Positions 11,162-26,695 are shown, counted from the whole stretch's first letter. The stretch is 64,000 bases of DNA, filler included, from Dugesia japonica (GCA_001938525.1; 6 parts of 6 records of this genome joined end to end with filler, not necessarily neighbours in it); one strand, 5' to 3'. The notes: generated from the sequence alone by a model not told the origin. Translations and numbers: made by a program.

Positions 11162-11551
11162 ATGAAGTATNTATTGTTTTTTTATAAAGAGAAATTATTG
11201 ATTGATAGGACTTTTCCGATTGAAACAATATTGAAACGTGGTTTGGGCAGCAGGCGATTCAAAGAAGTGTATCCACTTAAACGATTACCGGACATGTTAC
11301 AAAACGGATGCTTTGTAATCATAACAGATACCTCGACTTTGGATGGTAAGCATTGTATTATCATTGATGTCAAACCAAATATTATTCGTTTATTTGATCC
11401 ANTGAGTATGTTTTATCCACTATTACTGGTAACTAAATTGGAGCGTATGTAACAGCTTGTCGAATACAATAAAACTGTGTATCAGAATCCATTGACGTTT
11501 CTATGTGAACAATATGATATTGAATAGCTCAAAGATCAGTATAAACAATGA
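11162..11551 (+). pseudogene. Adenain-like cysteine protease of a Polinton/adintovirus
   Basis: FKEVYPLKRLP..CFVIITDTSTLDGKHCII..RLFDP ... EYNKTVYQNPLTFLCEQY, i.e. the NTD..GxHW, FDxxG, Q and CG motifs in decayed form. Confidence 0.8.
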
Positions 11552-11578
11552 TAATGTGATTATCAATAAATATTTAAA

Positions 11579-13987
<2,409 letters not shown>

Positions 13988-14099
13988 ACATTTTCTTTTC
14001 GTATTTTTTTATATTAATAACAATAATATAAATTATAATAATAATGACTATAATAATAAAATATTAAGATTCATCAATAAGGTCATGCTTGAAGTNTGA

Positions 14100-14674
14100 A
14101 ACTTTACGCGTAAAACATGAAGGTTCACTTTAAAATATATGTTATTATTGAGGCTCATCACTAGTTTTATCTCAGAACAGAATAGGTGTGAAGAATTTAG
14201 ATCTAAGGTGTGAAAATTTACACATAAAACCATTTTGATTGTGAAGGTTAAGTATTTATATTAAGGTGTGAAAGTTCACGCATAAAAGAATATTTATATG
14301 ATAATTATCGTTTTGTATTGTAATGCACAATGCGCTATGCATAAAACAGAATATGTGTAAAAAATCTAGATCACAGGTGTGAACGTTCATTATTTATATT
14401 AAGGTGTAAGAATTCAAACTCAAGATGTATAAAGTCAGGTTTAAAAGTTTATTATTTACATTAACGTTTGAAAATTAACACGTAAAAAATATTTAGATTA
14501 TTAACGTTCTGTAATACATAGAAAACAATAAAAAATCAATTGTTTACTTAAAACAGTAAAAAATGACGCTATAGGTGTGAAAATTCACCTTAGGTATCAA
14601 TTTCCATTGTTTACATTAAAGGTGTGAACGCTGATTACGTCACTTCCACGCTCGACAGCATCTTACCACTTACT
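14100..14674. repeat. Candidate Polinton right terminal region with AGGTGTGAA repeats, ending ...CCACTTACT
   Basis: Six exact AGGTGTGAA (14184, 14206, 14264, 14375, 14573, 14620). The reverse complement of the end starts AGTAAGTGG, like 5'-AG Polinton termini. Lies directly after the capsid/protease module. Confidence 0.5.
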
Positions 14675-15280
14675 AACGTGATTCATAGTAAACCAAAGGG
14701 GTTAGAATGATTAATTAAATTTTTTTGAAATAAATTTTTTATTAGATAAAGCTAAGGTCAAATAAGATATTCTTTTTTTCATAGAGTCTTCAATGTTTTG
14801 GCTATATCATCATCATGAATTATTTAATGAATTCTGATTATAATTATAAATCTATGACGAGTTTATAGTTACACAAAAAACAAAAAGCTAAGACACATGA
14901 AATCACAAATGTTCGAAATGATTTCCATTATTATCACAGTGGGCTTTTGTATGGTTTTTTAACTGATATTATTCCATACTTGTTCTTTGTTTTTCTCTCT
15001 TAGTGCGACATATTATTCTCAATAGACCTCTGTTCTCAAACAATCTAATACTAAATAGAATTGATTTATGATGCTTTTATATATACATTCCAAAAATATA
15101 TTTGATTTATTAATTATAAAAAAAGCAAATTTCGTAGATATGTATACTTGTTATTATAAATCCTTTAGCTTTTTATTAATCATCCTGTATGTGGGTAACC
15201 ATTAAATATAACCTTTTCCGATTAATTGTAGTAAATAAATTTTTCATGTGTTATTTTAAAAATATGTAATTTAAACATTG

Positions 15281-15433
15281 TTTTACAATTTCAATTATTG
15301 CGAGAATAATTGTTGGACGTAACCGTTGGTCGTATTTGAGATTGCATTAAAATAAAAGCATNGATCAAAATGTGTTTTTTTGGTTTTTGATAATAGTTCT
15401 ATATTTTGACTTTGAATTCGTTAGGAATTGACT
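15281..15433 (-). mobile_element. Copy of the non-coding HHR element (degenerate core, intact 3' hairpin)
   Basis: Reverse complement aligns end to end with 5140-5294 and 37251-37400. Confidence 0.8.
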
Positions 15434-15959
15434 TAATTAAATTATTTATTTAAAGTATAGAAGTGGTGTATCAAATTACAGCTTGAAAGTTTTTATAAAA
15501 ATTTTTAGAATTACAATTTTTTAAATTTATTTTTCTATTCTTAAATCAAGAAAAGTCAGAAATTCAGATAATATTTAAAATTATATTAAAAAAGATTTTA
15601 TGTTACTTATTCATGAGAATGATCATAGGTGTTAATATTGAATTGTTATTTATTATTATTAAAAGATTTATTTCATGACATAAAGCTTGTTTTTATTTAT
15701 TCTTTGGGAGCTCAATTCTACTTGTCGATTTTTCTGATTTGATTTGCTTTGAAATATAGTCAATATTGGACTGAATTTCTTTGAGAGTTTCAATGAATTG
15801 TTCATCAGAATTAGCATGTTTGGAAACCGCTACTTCGAAAACATCATTCAAAATCTCTTCAATATTTGACTGAATTTGACTGAACTCTTTTTAAGTATTC
15901 AATTGCCGTTCTCAGGCGCATAAACCATGTTTTTGTCCCCTTGCAATTTTTGATACTAA

Positions 15960-17399
15960 CTTTATCATTAATCCAGTCGAAGCTTTGAGATAAAGTTGGT
16001 ACCTTTATCCCTAGTCGTGATGAAGCAGCAATTATAAGAGACTCATGATTAATTGTTTTAGTATAGTCACAATCAGTAGTAAATAATCTAAAGAATTGTA
16101 CAATACTTTGACAATGGTAATCATCAAGAAGATCAATACACCCCGCTTCCCCATTTCTGTTGCTGTGTAAAAATAAGCAAATTCAGAATGATCAGGTACC
16201 GAAACGAATAGATAATGCACTCGTTTTGATTTCACGAGTTCTAAAAAGAAAAACAAGACGAGAATGCAAAAAAAGCTTTCAGTTTTTGCCAACCAAACAG
16301 TTTACAATTTGCCAGTTTTTCGGCATCAGTTATTAATTTTTGAATAGTATCATATGGTGTTTGATCATTACGATCTTTAACTGGAACACCAAGATATTGA
16401 TAAAATTCATTACTAAGTAGTTTTTTAATTTTTATATCATAAATGCTTATAACANTAGGAATGTTAATATTTGGAGATTGAATGTTAGCACATTTCTCCG
16501 GACGAAATTCCATATCAATAACTTTAGTTACTTCAATGACTTTATTTACAAGAGTTTGAAAATCATCAGTATTTTTTGCTATTAGAGCTATGTCATCAGC
16601 ATACACAAGTATCTGTATAGAAGAATTATTTATCATGAAAGGTGATATTTGACATGTTTTAGTAGCTTCAAGAACAGGATTTATAGCAATGGAACAGAGA
16701 ATCATAGATAGTGGACAACCTTGTTTAACACCTTTTTTAACTTTAATGTTGCTTGTGAGAATAGGACCTTTAGTAGTTAATTGTATTGGAGTAGCAGTTT
16801 TTAAGAATATTAACAAAATCATGACTCACTCCAATAACACGAAGAATAAATCACAAATATTCATGTGATACACTACCAAAAGCATCTTTTATGTCTAACC
16901 ATGCAATATTTACAGGATAGTTTGTCTTACTTCTTGAGTTTCCAAGTGCAGAAGATAATATAGAGTTGTGTTCAACGCAGTCTTGGTGTTCAGAACCTCC
17001 TTTTTGACCAATATGTAGGAGATTATTATANTTTGTCCAATCAGTTAATTTACGTGTCAAGACTGAAGCGAATAATTTGTAAATGACAGAAAGCAATGCA
17101 ATAGGTCTCCAAGATGAGATTTTATCATAATTACCTTCTTTATTTGGTTTTCGGATAAGAACAGTTTTGAACGATTTCCACTGTGATGGAATTTGACCAG
17201 TTAAGATAGTTTTGTTGAAAAAATGAGAAAGAAGCTTACTTTTATAATCTAATTTGGAAATATCTCTATATTAAATACCATTAATGCCCGTTGTAGTATT
17301 CTTTAAACGTCTAAGTTCATGTAAGATTTCGCCAGAAGAAAATAATTCAAGATTTAATGGAGTGTTCGAAGTTTTACAAAATGGTCTAATATTTTCCCA
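15960..17399 (-). pseudogene. Non-LTR retrotransposon reverse transcriptase (RLE type, NeSL/Utopia/R2-like)
   Basis: SSWRPIALLSVIYKLF, WLDIKDAFGSVSH, KGVKQGCPLSMIL, LVYADDIALIA, YQYLGVP, KLFGWQKL. Confidence 0.9.
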
Positions 17400-17499
17400 N
17401 NNNNNNNNNNNNNNNNNNNNNNNNNNNNNNNNNNNNNNNNNNNTTAATTAATTAANNNNNNNNNNNNNNNNNNNNNNNNNNNNNNNNNNNNNNNNNNNN

Positions 17500-18098
17500 T
17501 ACACAACTCTTGCTATCACCAAGTTTTAACATACACAATATTCGCTATCAACAGCTCTTAACATATAAAATACGCGCTATCGTCAATTATTAATACACAA
17601 TACTCACTATCAATGAGTATTAACATACGCAATACTCACTATCAGTAAGTATTAACATACACAATACCCGCTATCGTCAAGTATTAATACATAATACTCG
17701 CTATCAATGAGTATTAACATACACAATTCTCACTATCAGTAANNNNNNNNNNNNNNNNNNNNNNNNNNNNNNNNNNNNNNNNNNNNNNNNNNCTATACAA
17801 TTCTCACTATAATCAAGTGTTAACATACACAATACTACCTATTATCAAGTATTACCATACACAATTTTTGCTATCGTCAAGTATTAATACATAATACTCG
17901 CTATCAACTCCTATTAACCTATACAATTCTCACTATAATCAAGTGTTAACATACACAATGCTACCTATTATCAAGTATTACCATACACAATTTTCGCTAT
18001 CGTTAAGTATTAATACATAATACTCCTATCAACTCCTATTAACCTATACAATTCTCAATATACTCAAGTGTTAACATACACAATACTACCTATTATCA
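17500..18098. repeat. 30-32 bp tandem repeat with a 125-126 bp four-monomer higher-order unit
   Basis: Monomer approximately ACACAATACTCGCTATCRTCAAGTATTAACAT. CTATACAATTCTCA recurs at 17793, 17919 and 18044. Confidence 0.9.
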
Positions 18099-18859
18099 TT
18101 TACCTATTGATTATTCAATTAATGGTTTAATCTGTTCATCACTTATACCTTATAGTAAACCCTATAATTCACACTGAATATATAGTTTACAATCAATTGC
18201 CGGTTAACTATTCACATTTTCACCTTAATGTAAAAACTTTCCTTTGAAAATATATTTCTAATGGGTTTATTCACCTATTAATCATCACCTTGTAATATAA
18301 ATTTATNNNNNNNNNNNNNNNNNNNNNNNNNNNNNNNNNNNNNNNNNNNNNNNNNNNNNNNNNNNNNNNNNNNNNNNNNNNNNNNNNNNNNNNNNNNNNN
18401 NNNNNNNNNNNNNNNNNNNNNNNNNNNNNNNNNNNNNNNNNNNNNNNNNNNNNNNNNTTTGATTCATTATTTTCCTTATTTATTGTAATATCCTAATTGA
18501 AAATAAAAAATTATAAAGGTTTTTCATCTTTTTAATGGTTAAAGCTTAAATTTCACTTATAATTTTAAAAAGTCTAACGTAACTGTATTTTACACTTTTC
18601 TCATAATTATTTGAAAATTAATTATTCAATGAATTATTTTAGTCACTTTCAATAAATATTTCGAATTATTTCAAATTATNTAATGCTTTAAAAAAATTTC
18701 AACTATTATAAATAAAGTTTGAAATAACTATTTTCAAGAAGGTTAAAGATTGACGATTTTCAATCATGTTTTTCTTACTTCGCATTAAATTTTCTATCTA
18801 ATAGTTACTTTGATGTTTAAATTTGATTTAAGTTAAAAGTTAAGATATTAAAAAGGCTG

Positions 18860-20328
18860 GTGTTCGAATTCGATCAATCTGGTGCGAAAGTTGTCTCAAC
18901 GAATTCAAGGATAATACGGTTTACAAGACTCATGAGCCTATTTGTGAGAAAATTCAGACGGGCACCACATTTTACAAGATGCCAACAGAAAAGAATCTGG
19001 AGTTTCAAGATTACTCCAAAACTATAACTCCACCCTTTGTTATATATGCTGGTTTCGAATCAGTATTACCAAGCGATGAAAAGCATTTCCAAAAACATTT
19101 ACCTGTTTCACCTGGACTGTTGTTGGTAAATCATTTTACCAATGAAGTCAAATACAGACAGTTTATTGGAAATGAATGCGTATATGAATTCCTAAAGGCT
19201 GTGGACGAAATTGGTAATAATATAGTAAATCCATATTATATAAAAGAAAGAAAAAAGAAACGAATTATGAACCCGGATCAAGAAATGGATTTTAAACATA
19301 GTACAATATGTCATTTGTGTAAAAAACGTTTAAGTAATCCAGTTCGGGATCATGACCATTTTACAGGCAACTATATAGAAGCGGCCTGTAATAAATGCAA
19401 TTTAAGTAGAAGAATCATCTATCAATTACCAGTAGTATTCCATAATTTGAGAGGATATGGCCTTCACCATATATTAAAGTATGGATTAAATAAATGTCCT
19501 CATTGGACCATATCCTGTATACCAACAACATCAGAAAAATTCCTATGCCTCATTGGACATCTGAAAGAAATTACAAGCAGATTTATTGACTCGTACCAAT
19601 TTATTAACTCTTCATTGGATGCAGCAGTAAAATCCTTAAAAGAGACACCTTTGACAACAAATGAATTTAGAGTTAGCAGAATAACAATATCAAAGGGATA
19701 TTTCCTTATAATTATGCAACCAGATTGCAAGTTCTGGTTGAAATAACAACAATGCCACCAAGATGGGAGGAAGTTAATGAGCAATATTATCAAAAAGCAG
19801 TAGAAATTTGGACTAAAACAGAATGCAACAATCTATTGGATTATATGCTAGTATATTTGAAACTAGATGTGTTTTTATTAGCCGATTTCTTTCAACAGTT
19901 CAGAACAAAATCATTGGCACACAATAATTTGGAGCCATTAACATTCTTTGGCATCCCGGGTATGAGTTTTGCATCTGCATTGATGTCATTAAATGAGCCA
20001 CTTGAATTGTTGTCCGATAATGATATGTATACCTTTTTTGAAGGGGGTATATGAGGTGGGCTAACATTTGTAAATAAACACCATATTGTTAGTAATGAAA
20101 ACACGGATTTATTATACATTGACATCATCAATCTATATGGATTGGCATTAAGTCAGAGAATTGCTGCAAATTTATTTACAATTGGGTGCACAAATAACAA
20201 AGGTACATAGAGGTGTTAAATTCAGCCAGGCATCTATTTTCAAACAATATATAGACGTTAGCACTAAATTAAGATCAGAGTGTAAATCAGAGTTGGAGAA
20301 GAATTATTATAAGCTTTTAAATAATAGC
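18860..20328 (+). pseudogene. Protein-primed family B DNA polymerase (Polinton type)
   Basis: PFVIYAGFES, VRDHDHFTG...CNKCNL, PVVFHNLRGY, RFIDS, KG.FPY, YLKLDVFLLAD, LLYID.INLYG.ALSQ, YYKLLNNS. Cut off at 20328. Confidence 0.92.
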
Positions 20329-20760
20329 AGTAGATAGATATGAGCGCACTGGCATCGAACCAGCCCCGCCCCCCGCCGCCCGCCTTCGACTGTTTCGGTT
20401 GTTTTGATGTTTTTTTACTCGTAGCATTTTGATTGGAGGTTATGAATATATGAAAAAAAATTTCGAATTCGGGTTGGAATGGTCGAATTTTTGCTCAGGA
20501 AGGATGCAAAATTATTTTTCCGAGAAATACTTATGATAACGTAACAAAATGGGTATATTTAAACTCAGAATAAATATCTGAACATATTTCTTATAGGATT
20601 TGCTAGATGAATATTTTTAGTTTCCAAGATAAAGGTGTTGGGCTTGAACACAAAAACGGGTGACATAATAAAAGAAGTAAAGATTGGGAAAGATTTACGA
20701 AACTAGAGAAGAGTAGACACAAAATGGATGAAATGGACCAGAAAACATTATCAAAAAATC
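20329..20760 (+). mobile_element. Candidate Polinton-type terminus starting AGTAGATAGATATGAGCGCAC
   Basis: Begins exactly where pPolB stops. 17/21 identical to AGTAGGTAGATCCTAGCGCAC at 10760; both are followed by a C-rich tract. Right boundary is a guess. Confidence 0.45.
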
Positions 20761-22703
20761 ATTATTCTTATTATTATAGTCATTATCATTATTATTATGG
20801 TCATTATTATTATGTAATTATTATTATTATAATTATTATGAGAATATTGTAAAATACGAGAAAATAAAAATTGGGCGTAGAAGACCCAGATTTTATGTCA
20901 CAAAAGTAAAAGAATTTATATGAGATGAAAGGAAAAGAAGTAGTAGAAGTAAAGAAAAATAAAATACTATATTATAATAATTTATTAAAGGGGTCTCTGC
21001 GACCTAATTTCATTATTATAAATAACGCTAAATAGCGTTTAATATTAATTATTATTATAATTGAATTAGTCTAGTCATCAGTCCTTGTCTATTTGACGAA
21101 AAATAAAACGAAAATCATCAGCAGATTAGCTGAATCCTTACCTGCTAAACAAGGACTTCGCCTCAGGAACAATCAGAGGTAACACGAGGTGACTGCTGAC
21201 GAAAAAGTTCATTCTAAGTAGGTGTGCGAGGAAAGTCGGTCGGAGAGAAAATGACAAGCAGCCGCGAGTTGGAAATTGGTGCTGTCCAATCAGAAGAACT
21301 CAATTACAAAAACAAGCTACGGATTGGTGAGCTAATTTTTCGTCGCAAGTTGGGGTACAAACGAGGAATAAAACTCGTTTGCACTGAAAAAACGGGCAGA
21401 AGTTAAAATCAAATTTGTAAAATTTACTTAAAAATTTACTANNNNNNNNNNNNNNNNNNNNNNNNNNNNNNNNNNNNNNNNNNNTCAAAGCAAAACTTCT
21501 TACGATTATTATTGTGGAGGCAGAAAATCAAATCAAACGTTGTTGCGATTATTATTGGAAAAGCTCAAGCTAGATAATCAAAAGTAAAAATCTTTTATTA
21601 TTTATCAGTAATTAAAATCATTTATGCATGTGACTACCGAGTGCCCTGATNNNNNNNNNNNNNNNNNNNNNNNNNNNNNNNNNNNNNNNNNNNNNNNNNN
21701 GTTTGCACTGAAAAAACGGGCAGAAGTTAAAATCAAATTTGTAAAATTTACTTAAAAATTTACTACAGAGTCAAATTTTCTTACGATTATTATTGCAGAG
21801 GCAGAAAGTCAAAGCAAAACTTCTTACGATTATTATTGTGGAGGCAGAAAATCAAATCAAACGTTGTTGCGATTATTATTGGAAAAGCTCAAGCTAGATA
21901 ATCAAAAGTAAAAATCTTTTATTATTTATCAGTAATTAAAATCATTTATGCATGTGACTACCGAGTGCCCTGATTCGAGATCGTGTTTCCGTTATAATGA
22001 GTCGCTTATGTAAAATTACAGCAGAATGGAAATGAGAAAATCCTGTTAAAATATGCAGCCGAATCGAAATAAAATTTTATGTGAAATTACAGCAGAATAG
22101 AAATGAGAAAATCCTGTGAAAATACGAGCCGAATCGAAATGAGAAGATTATGCAAAATTATGAAGCAGAATTATTAAAAATGGTTTTGGAAGTTCAGTTT
22201 TTTGTTCATACCTGATCAACTAAGTATTTGTTCAGATTATCCTAATTTCTATTATTTATTTGTCAAAAACATTTTTTATTTAATTATAATAATTTCATGG
22301 TGATTTCCACGTTTATTTATTTAAGTAATAGTTCATAAGAGATTTTAACGAATAATGCAATGGTCATCAGGAGTTTTTCTTGAAATATTTGGCCTTATTT
22401 TCATGTTATCATGTTAAATAGTATTGTTAGAATTATAAGTTTAATTTGATGTCATCACGTTTATCCTCATGTAGAGTCTCCTACTCATAGTTTATCTTTT
22501 GAGAACTTCACATTGGTGGGGACCAGAAAAGATGGCCGCGTTTGTGGGTATCTTCTCTGATCCGTACTAAAGAAGTAGTGGAAGAAGAACTGATAGGCCG
22601 TAGGCCGAAGAAGCGTGTCATTAATAAAAATCTGGTTTTATGTGCTTTGAATTAAATTTAATAATATTACTAAAAAAGTCGTTAATTTTGTATTTAATAG
22701 CAA

Positions 22704-23129
22704 ATGACAGCCTATTTCAAACTGCACATCCCATTGGTGCTTACGAACGATGGTGATACCAGGACTTTCTGGATTCCGTGGCGGAATGCCGTGGAGCTAC
22801 TGGACGAACAAAAAGAAGCTCACGATAAAGACATGCAGGAAATCAGGGCCGGCCAACAGGAGCTCGTTAAACGAAATTTGGATTTGAGACAAAAAGTGAA
22901 AGTCGCGAGTGAGGAGAAGGAAAAATTAGAGATTCAGCTGGCCCAGTGAAGGCTGGATTTGCAGGCATCGGCACGCGATATGGCAATGGCCACACAACAG
23001 ATGATGGAGTCCCGAGCGTTGATGGAAAAAGTGGAGGAGAATATATTAAAACAGTTAATGGATAACACTGGGGTCGCTACCGAGGTGCTGGACCCAGTGA
23101 TAATCAAGGTCGAATCTCTGTCTAAATAA
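22704..23129 (+). pseudogene. Accessory coiled-coil ORF 1 in the retrotransposon leader (141 codons, one internal TGA)
   Basis: Frame continues past TGA 22947 as RLDLQASARDMAMATQQMMESRALMEKVEENILKQL...ESLSK*; AATAAA overlaps the stop. Confidence 0.55.
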
Positions 23130-23361
23130 ATGTATTGGTATTATTGAGTTTCAACGTGTTTTAATTTCTCGTTATTTTACTGTGATATGTGGGTCACACT
23201 AGTAGTTGAAAATTTTATATCTGCAGAGGCAGTGTTAAGGTTAAATGATTTCATTTAGGTATTATTTATTAGATTGTTTTTCTTTTGAAGGCAGAATGAA
23301 TTTTAATTTTGCTGGTCACTTTATCATTATTATTTTGTTGATAAATATTGTTTACATAGTA

Positions 23362-23750
23362 ATGAAGTCTATTTCAACTGTATCATATTTGCCATTATAG
23401 TGAACAAATCAAATGACGAAAAGGGGTCAAAACGGGAGATGATAGCGGCACAGCAACGATGGAAAGAGGAGAGGCGCGATTTGTGCAACGAAATCCTGCA
23501 GCTCAAGGGACAGTTGAATCGATCATCCTCGAAATTCGCACAGTTGAAGGAAAAGCAGTTGGCACTTCAGCAGGCCAACCGCCTTATGGCTGATATTGTC
23601 AAGATCTATGCGGATCGGTAGGCCAAATTGTTCCATACTCTACGAACATTGTGGTTAAATTATCGATCTCCTGAGTAATCCACCGAAGCTATTGAGAAGA
23701 CCGTCAATCTGGATGCCTTACTAAAATTTGCAGTGTACATAACCAAATAA
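23362..23750 (+). pseudogene. Accessory coiled-coil ORF 2, probable paralog of ORF 1
   Basis: Start ATGAAGTCTATTTCAACTG resembles ORF 1 ATGACAGCCTATTTCAAACTG. Heptad-like EERRDLCNEILQLKGQL..LKEKQLALQQAN. Two internal stops; ends AAA-TAA with AATAAA. Confidence 0.5.
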
Positions 23751-26695
23751 ATATTAATGAGTATGGATGTAGTATCTTAATTTTCTTGAAATTTTATTTG
23801 TTGAAGTAGAGTTTTAACATTATATTTTAACTGAGCATGTGTGATTATTGCTGTCTGGGTTCACAGAGTTATTGAGTAAGACGCGATACCACAAAGTCGC
23901 GCTGAACCCGTGGAAACGAGGGGCATGTCACAGAGGTGACTTAAATACTTGTGGTTTTTAGGTATACCCTTAGACAGGTAAATAAAGTAGTAATTATCTT
24001 ATTAAAATTATCTTATTTTGAATTTAGATTTAAATGTTGTTGGAGAATTTTATTGTAGTGATTTGGAGAGGGACAATTTCGAGCGTAACCATAGATTTGT
24101 GAAAGCACCCGAGGAAAAGATGTCGTAATGGTGGATGTCATTTTGGAAAATAGGGCCCACCATTAGTAAGCTCGAACTAGAAGCCTGGTCAACTTTGAAG
24201 GGACAGCTGCAATGATCGTCTAATGACTGAAATGATTGAAATTGTTATTGACCTAGTGACAGGAATCTTTGAAGTAGTTATTGAAGTGGAAGATCTTTGA
24301 GCTTCGACGCTTCGAATAAGGAGTACCGATCTCGGAAGTTGGATACTTTGTCTGACTTCCACGCCATGAGAATGGAGCTTAGTCCAGGCGAGATAAACTC
24401 ACGAATTCCAGGGGAATAAACGATGGAGCCGGCAACTAGCATCGCATCTATTAAGCTGACCACTTATGGCGTTCGGTTGCAGTGAGTGCGCCTTGACACT
24501 CACTGCCTACAGCTAACTACCCGTAGCTCTACAGAGTTTTAGATTTGAGGGTGAAACATCCCGGTAGGACAAGGCTGCAAATTGTCCGTGGTATCTTGCG
24601 ATCAGAGGACTCAGTGTTGACAAAATGGTACAATAGTTAGCCTCAAGTGTGGCATCAGTAGTGGGATTTACTTTTGGGTAATTTATTTGGTATTGCGATC
24701 GCGGGTAGCGTCGTAGTTACACATCAGCTGGATCATGGGATTCTGACTGAGAACCTTCATTTTAGCGAGTGGTTAGGCTGTCAACTGACTCAAGCATTGA
24801 GGTATTAAAGTATTATTGTAAATTAAGGATCGAAATTGTCGCCCAGCTGGAGCTGAAAAAATAGACTACCGGCTGCATTAAGAGAGTTTTCAAAGCAAAT
24901 AAACTAGTACGAAAAAGGTTTAAATTTATTTGAATGAAAGATGATAACGGAATTAAATGAGATATATTGAAGCAAATATGGGAGTAGCGAGTTAATAACT
25001 AGTAAATCGTTCCGGATACTTTGTCGGTTAGCCACCGAAAAGAGAACTAAGAAAGACCTTGTCGGAAATGGTAAAATTATCCAAGTGTATAGTTAAATTG
25101 GGAGAAATAATAAAACTATCCGAGTGTATAGTTAAATTTGAAGTAGTAATGAAAACTGTCCGAGTGTATAGTTAAAATAAATTAGTTGAGGAGAATTTTA
25201 TTGATACTTATTATGAGAGGAGAGCTTTGAACTTACAAAATTTCACAGAGAAATTTGCCAGGAACTGGCGCAAGAGTTCCAGTGTTGATAATTGAGGAGT
25301 ACTAATGTGAAGTGATTAAAGGCGAGGCATAGCCAACAAATTAATAATTGAAATAATTTAAAGAAAAAGTGAACCGTGACGAAATTGAGTAAATAGTTCT
25401 ACAATGGGACAATTTAAAGTGGAGATAATTTAATCATTGATTAGCTGTGAAAGTTTATCAAGGGTATAAACTGCTAAGGACAGGCGGAAGTGTTCCTACG
25501 TGAAAATGAGGTTGGGATGAAGCAAATGTAAAAGGATATTAAAAGTTTATCAGGGGTATAAGCTGCCAGGAACAGGCGGAAATGTTTCCATGAGAAAAAT
25601 GAGTTGAAACAAAGGAAGTGTTATTCGATGTTAAAGGTTTTTCCTAAGGATAAACAACCAGGGGCAGGTTAGATTGTCCCAACGGGAGATATGGAGTCAA
25701 AAATAAATTGATCGTCAATTAGTTATAAAGGTTATTGGGAAGATAAATTGCCAGGAACAGGCTGGATTGTTCTATTATGGGAAATGAAATGGAAATAAAT
25801 TGAGTATTAATTAATTGCGAAAATTGTCCAGAAGACAAATTTGCCGAGAGCAGGCGGAAATGTTCCATGAGAAAGGAATAAAATTTATTAATGAATAAAC
25901 GAGTCTTGTGCTCAACGGAGGAATCAATTACAAGGAGACGAAATAAATTAATGGAATTCATTAGAGTAAGGTGTCGAAGGCACATCTGAAAATTTCGAGA
26001 CAAATAAGTATGGGAATATTATAAGTTGTTAAACTATATAAATTATAATGGGAATCACTAATCTGAGTGGAACTGTTTCAGAACAATAGATATTGAAATG
26101 GGTATTTCAGAAGACGTAAACAAATAAAATTGCTGCTTATGTTTAATAAATTATGAGGTAATAATAGTAAAATTACGTAAATACGCTACTAAAGTAATAG
26201 AAATCAAGTATAGTAATGTATCGTAGTGTAGTAATTGGTAATTAGAGGTATCACTTGGTAGATAAAAGTATTTAACAGTAGTCAATTAATGATTGCGATA
26301 ATAATATTTGAATGGGCGCAGAAGCCGTAGGGCCATATTATTTAATTTCCGAAACCAAAACAATCAACATTCTAATATTCCAAAATTCGAGATAAACCAA
26401 TCAATCTGCATATCAACCAAATAATAAATCATACATAATCACGAACCCCGGTACCATTTTAGAGAAAGTTCATAACATAGAATATCATTAGTACTTAAAC
26501 GACACAATCCAGCTAAAATAAAGCGATCGGTCTCCTACAACAGGCCGTCTCGACAATTTGACAAATCTTTATCAATTTCAGCATCCAAATCACCCAGTTT
26601 AATCTCGTCTAACGACGACGCACCAGGAGAATTTGACACCATAACAGATCCAAACCACTCAAGAGCCAATTCGTTAGTAGACCTTGATCTAGAGG

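Noticed and set aside
17500-18098. CRISPR-like array of ~32-bp repeats
   Set aside because: Monomers are contiguous with no unique spacers, no cas genes are present, and the context is eukaryotic.
21378-21974. Direct repeats flanking N gaps (also 8138-8260, 9839-11170, 44828-45016, 48286-49390)
   Set aside because: Near-identical copies on either side of a gap are most simply unmerged contig overlaps or haplotypes, not biological duplications.
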